A stretch of DNA of 22,936 bases, taken from the NCBI RefSeq assembly GCF_000143415.4, contig NW_003314503.1, forward strand, positions 1 to 22,936, read 5' to 3'. The position numbers and the translations under genes were made by a program. The stretch comes from Selaginella moellendorffii (Eukaryota; Plantae; Lycopodiophyta). Each line of letters begins with the position of its first letter. Within the stretch, counting starts at the first letter, position 1. Positions 22,820 to 22,936 of this stretch are shown here, in pieces. The notes under the pieces are model-generated. The model was given only the letters and a program-made list of their open reading frames with translations. It did not search any database and was not told where the DNA came from.

Positions 22820-22936
22820 TCAGCTGCAAACAGACATGTTAGAAGCCAAGCAGAGAATCAGAGTAATGAAAGAAACTCACCAAACAGATTCCAGGCAGGA
22901 TCGCAGAGGATGTCGCGCGCGGATGGACGCTGGTCG
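22820..22936 (-). other. 3' end of a second GCN2-like kinase copy (partial; continues beyond the window)
   Basis: Matches 7269-7386 (DQRPSARDILCDPAW...) except for a 1-nt deletion at 22890/22891. Confidence 0.85.

Larger units (their letters stand above)
18493..22936 (+). repeat. Segmental direct repeat, copy 2 (truncated by window end)
   Basis: Colinear with 3369-7386. Confidence 0.97.

Noticed and set aside
3369-22936. The 4-kb direct repeats as LTRs of one giant retroelement
   Set aside because: No TG start, no PPT before 18493, and the repeats contain intron-bearing genes; segmental duplication is simpler.

Overview
Eukaryotic land-plant nuclear DNA; 47-65 nt introns and the PPR style suggest a Selaginella-like lycophyte (inference only). 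The window has three N gaps. Most of it is decayed Ty3/gypsy retrotransposon (about 320-2670, 10685-16567, 19015-19392), plus a PPR pseudogene and two ABCG/PDR C-terminal fragments. The most interesting part is a duplicated kinase/phosphatase cassette. A spliced, stand-alone GCN2/eIF2-alpha-kinase-like gene (minus, about 7269-8323, about 277 aa, no sensor domains) lies head-to-head with an intact FCP1/SCP-type (NIF, DxDxT HAD) phosphatase (plus, 8337-8924). Their putative start codons are only 13-22 bp apart, and splice signals suggest the kinase is nested antisense in an intron of the phosphatase gene. The cassette occurs four times (A ~4130-5555, B ~6390-9080, C ~19630-21054, D ~21874-end) through an older tandem duplication plus a recent direct duplication of at least 4 kb (3369-7386 = 18493-22936). 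Copy C lacks the kinase and its phosphatase is pseudogenised. All gene models were derived by eye; element boundaries are approximate unless stated.
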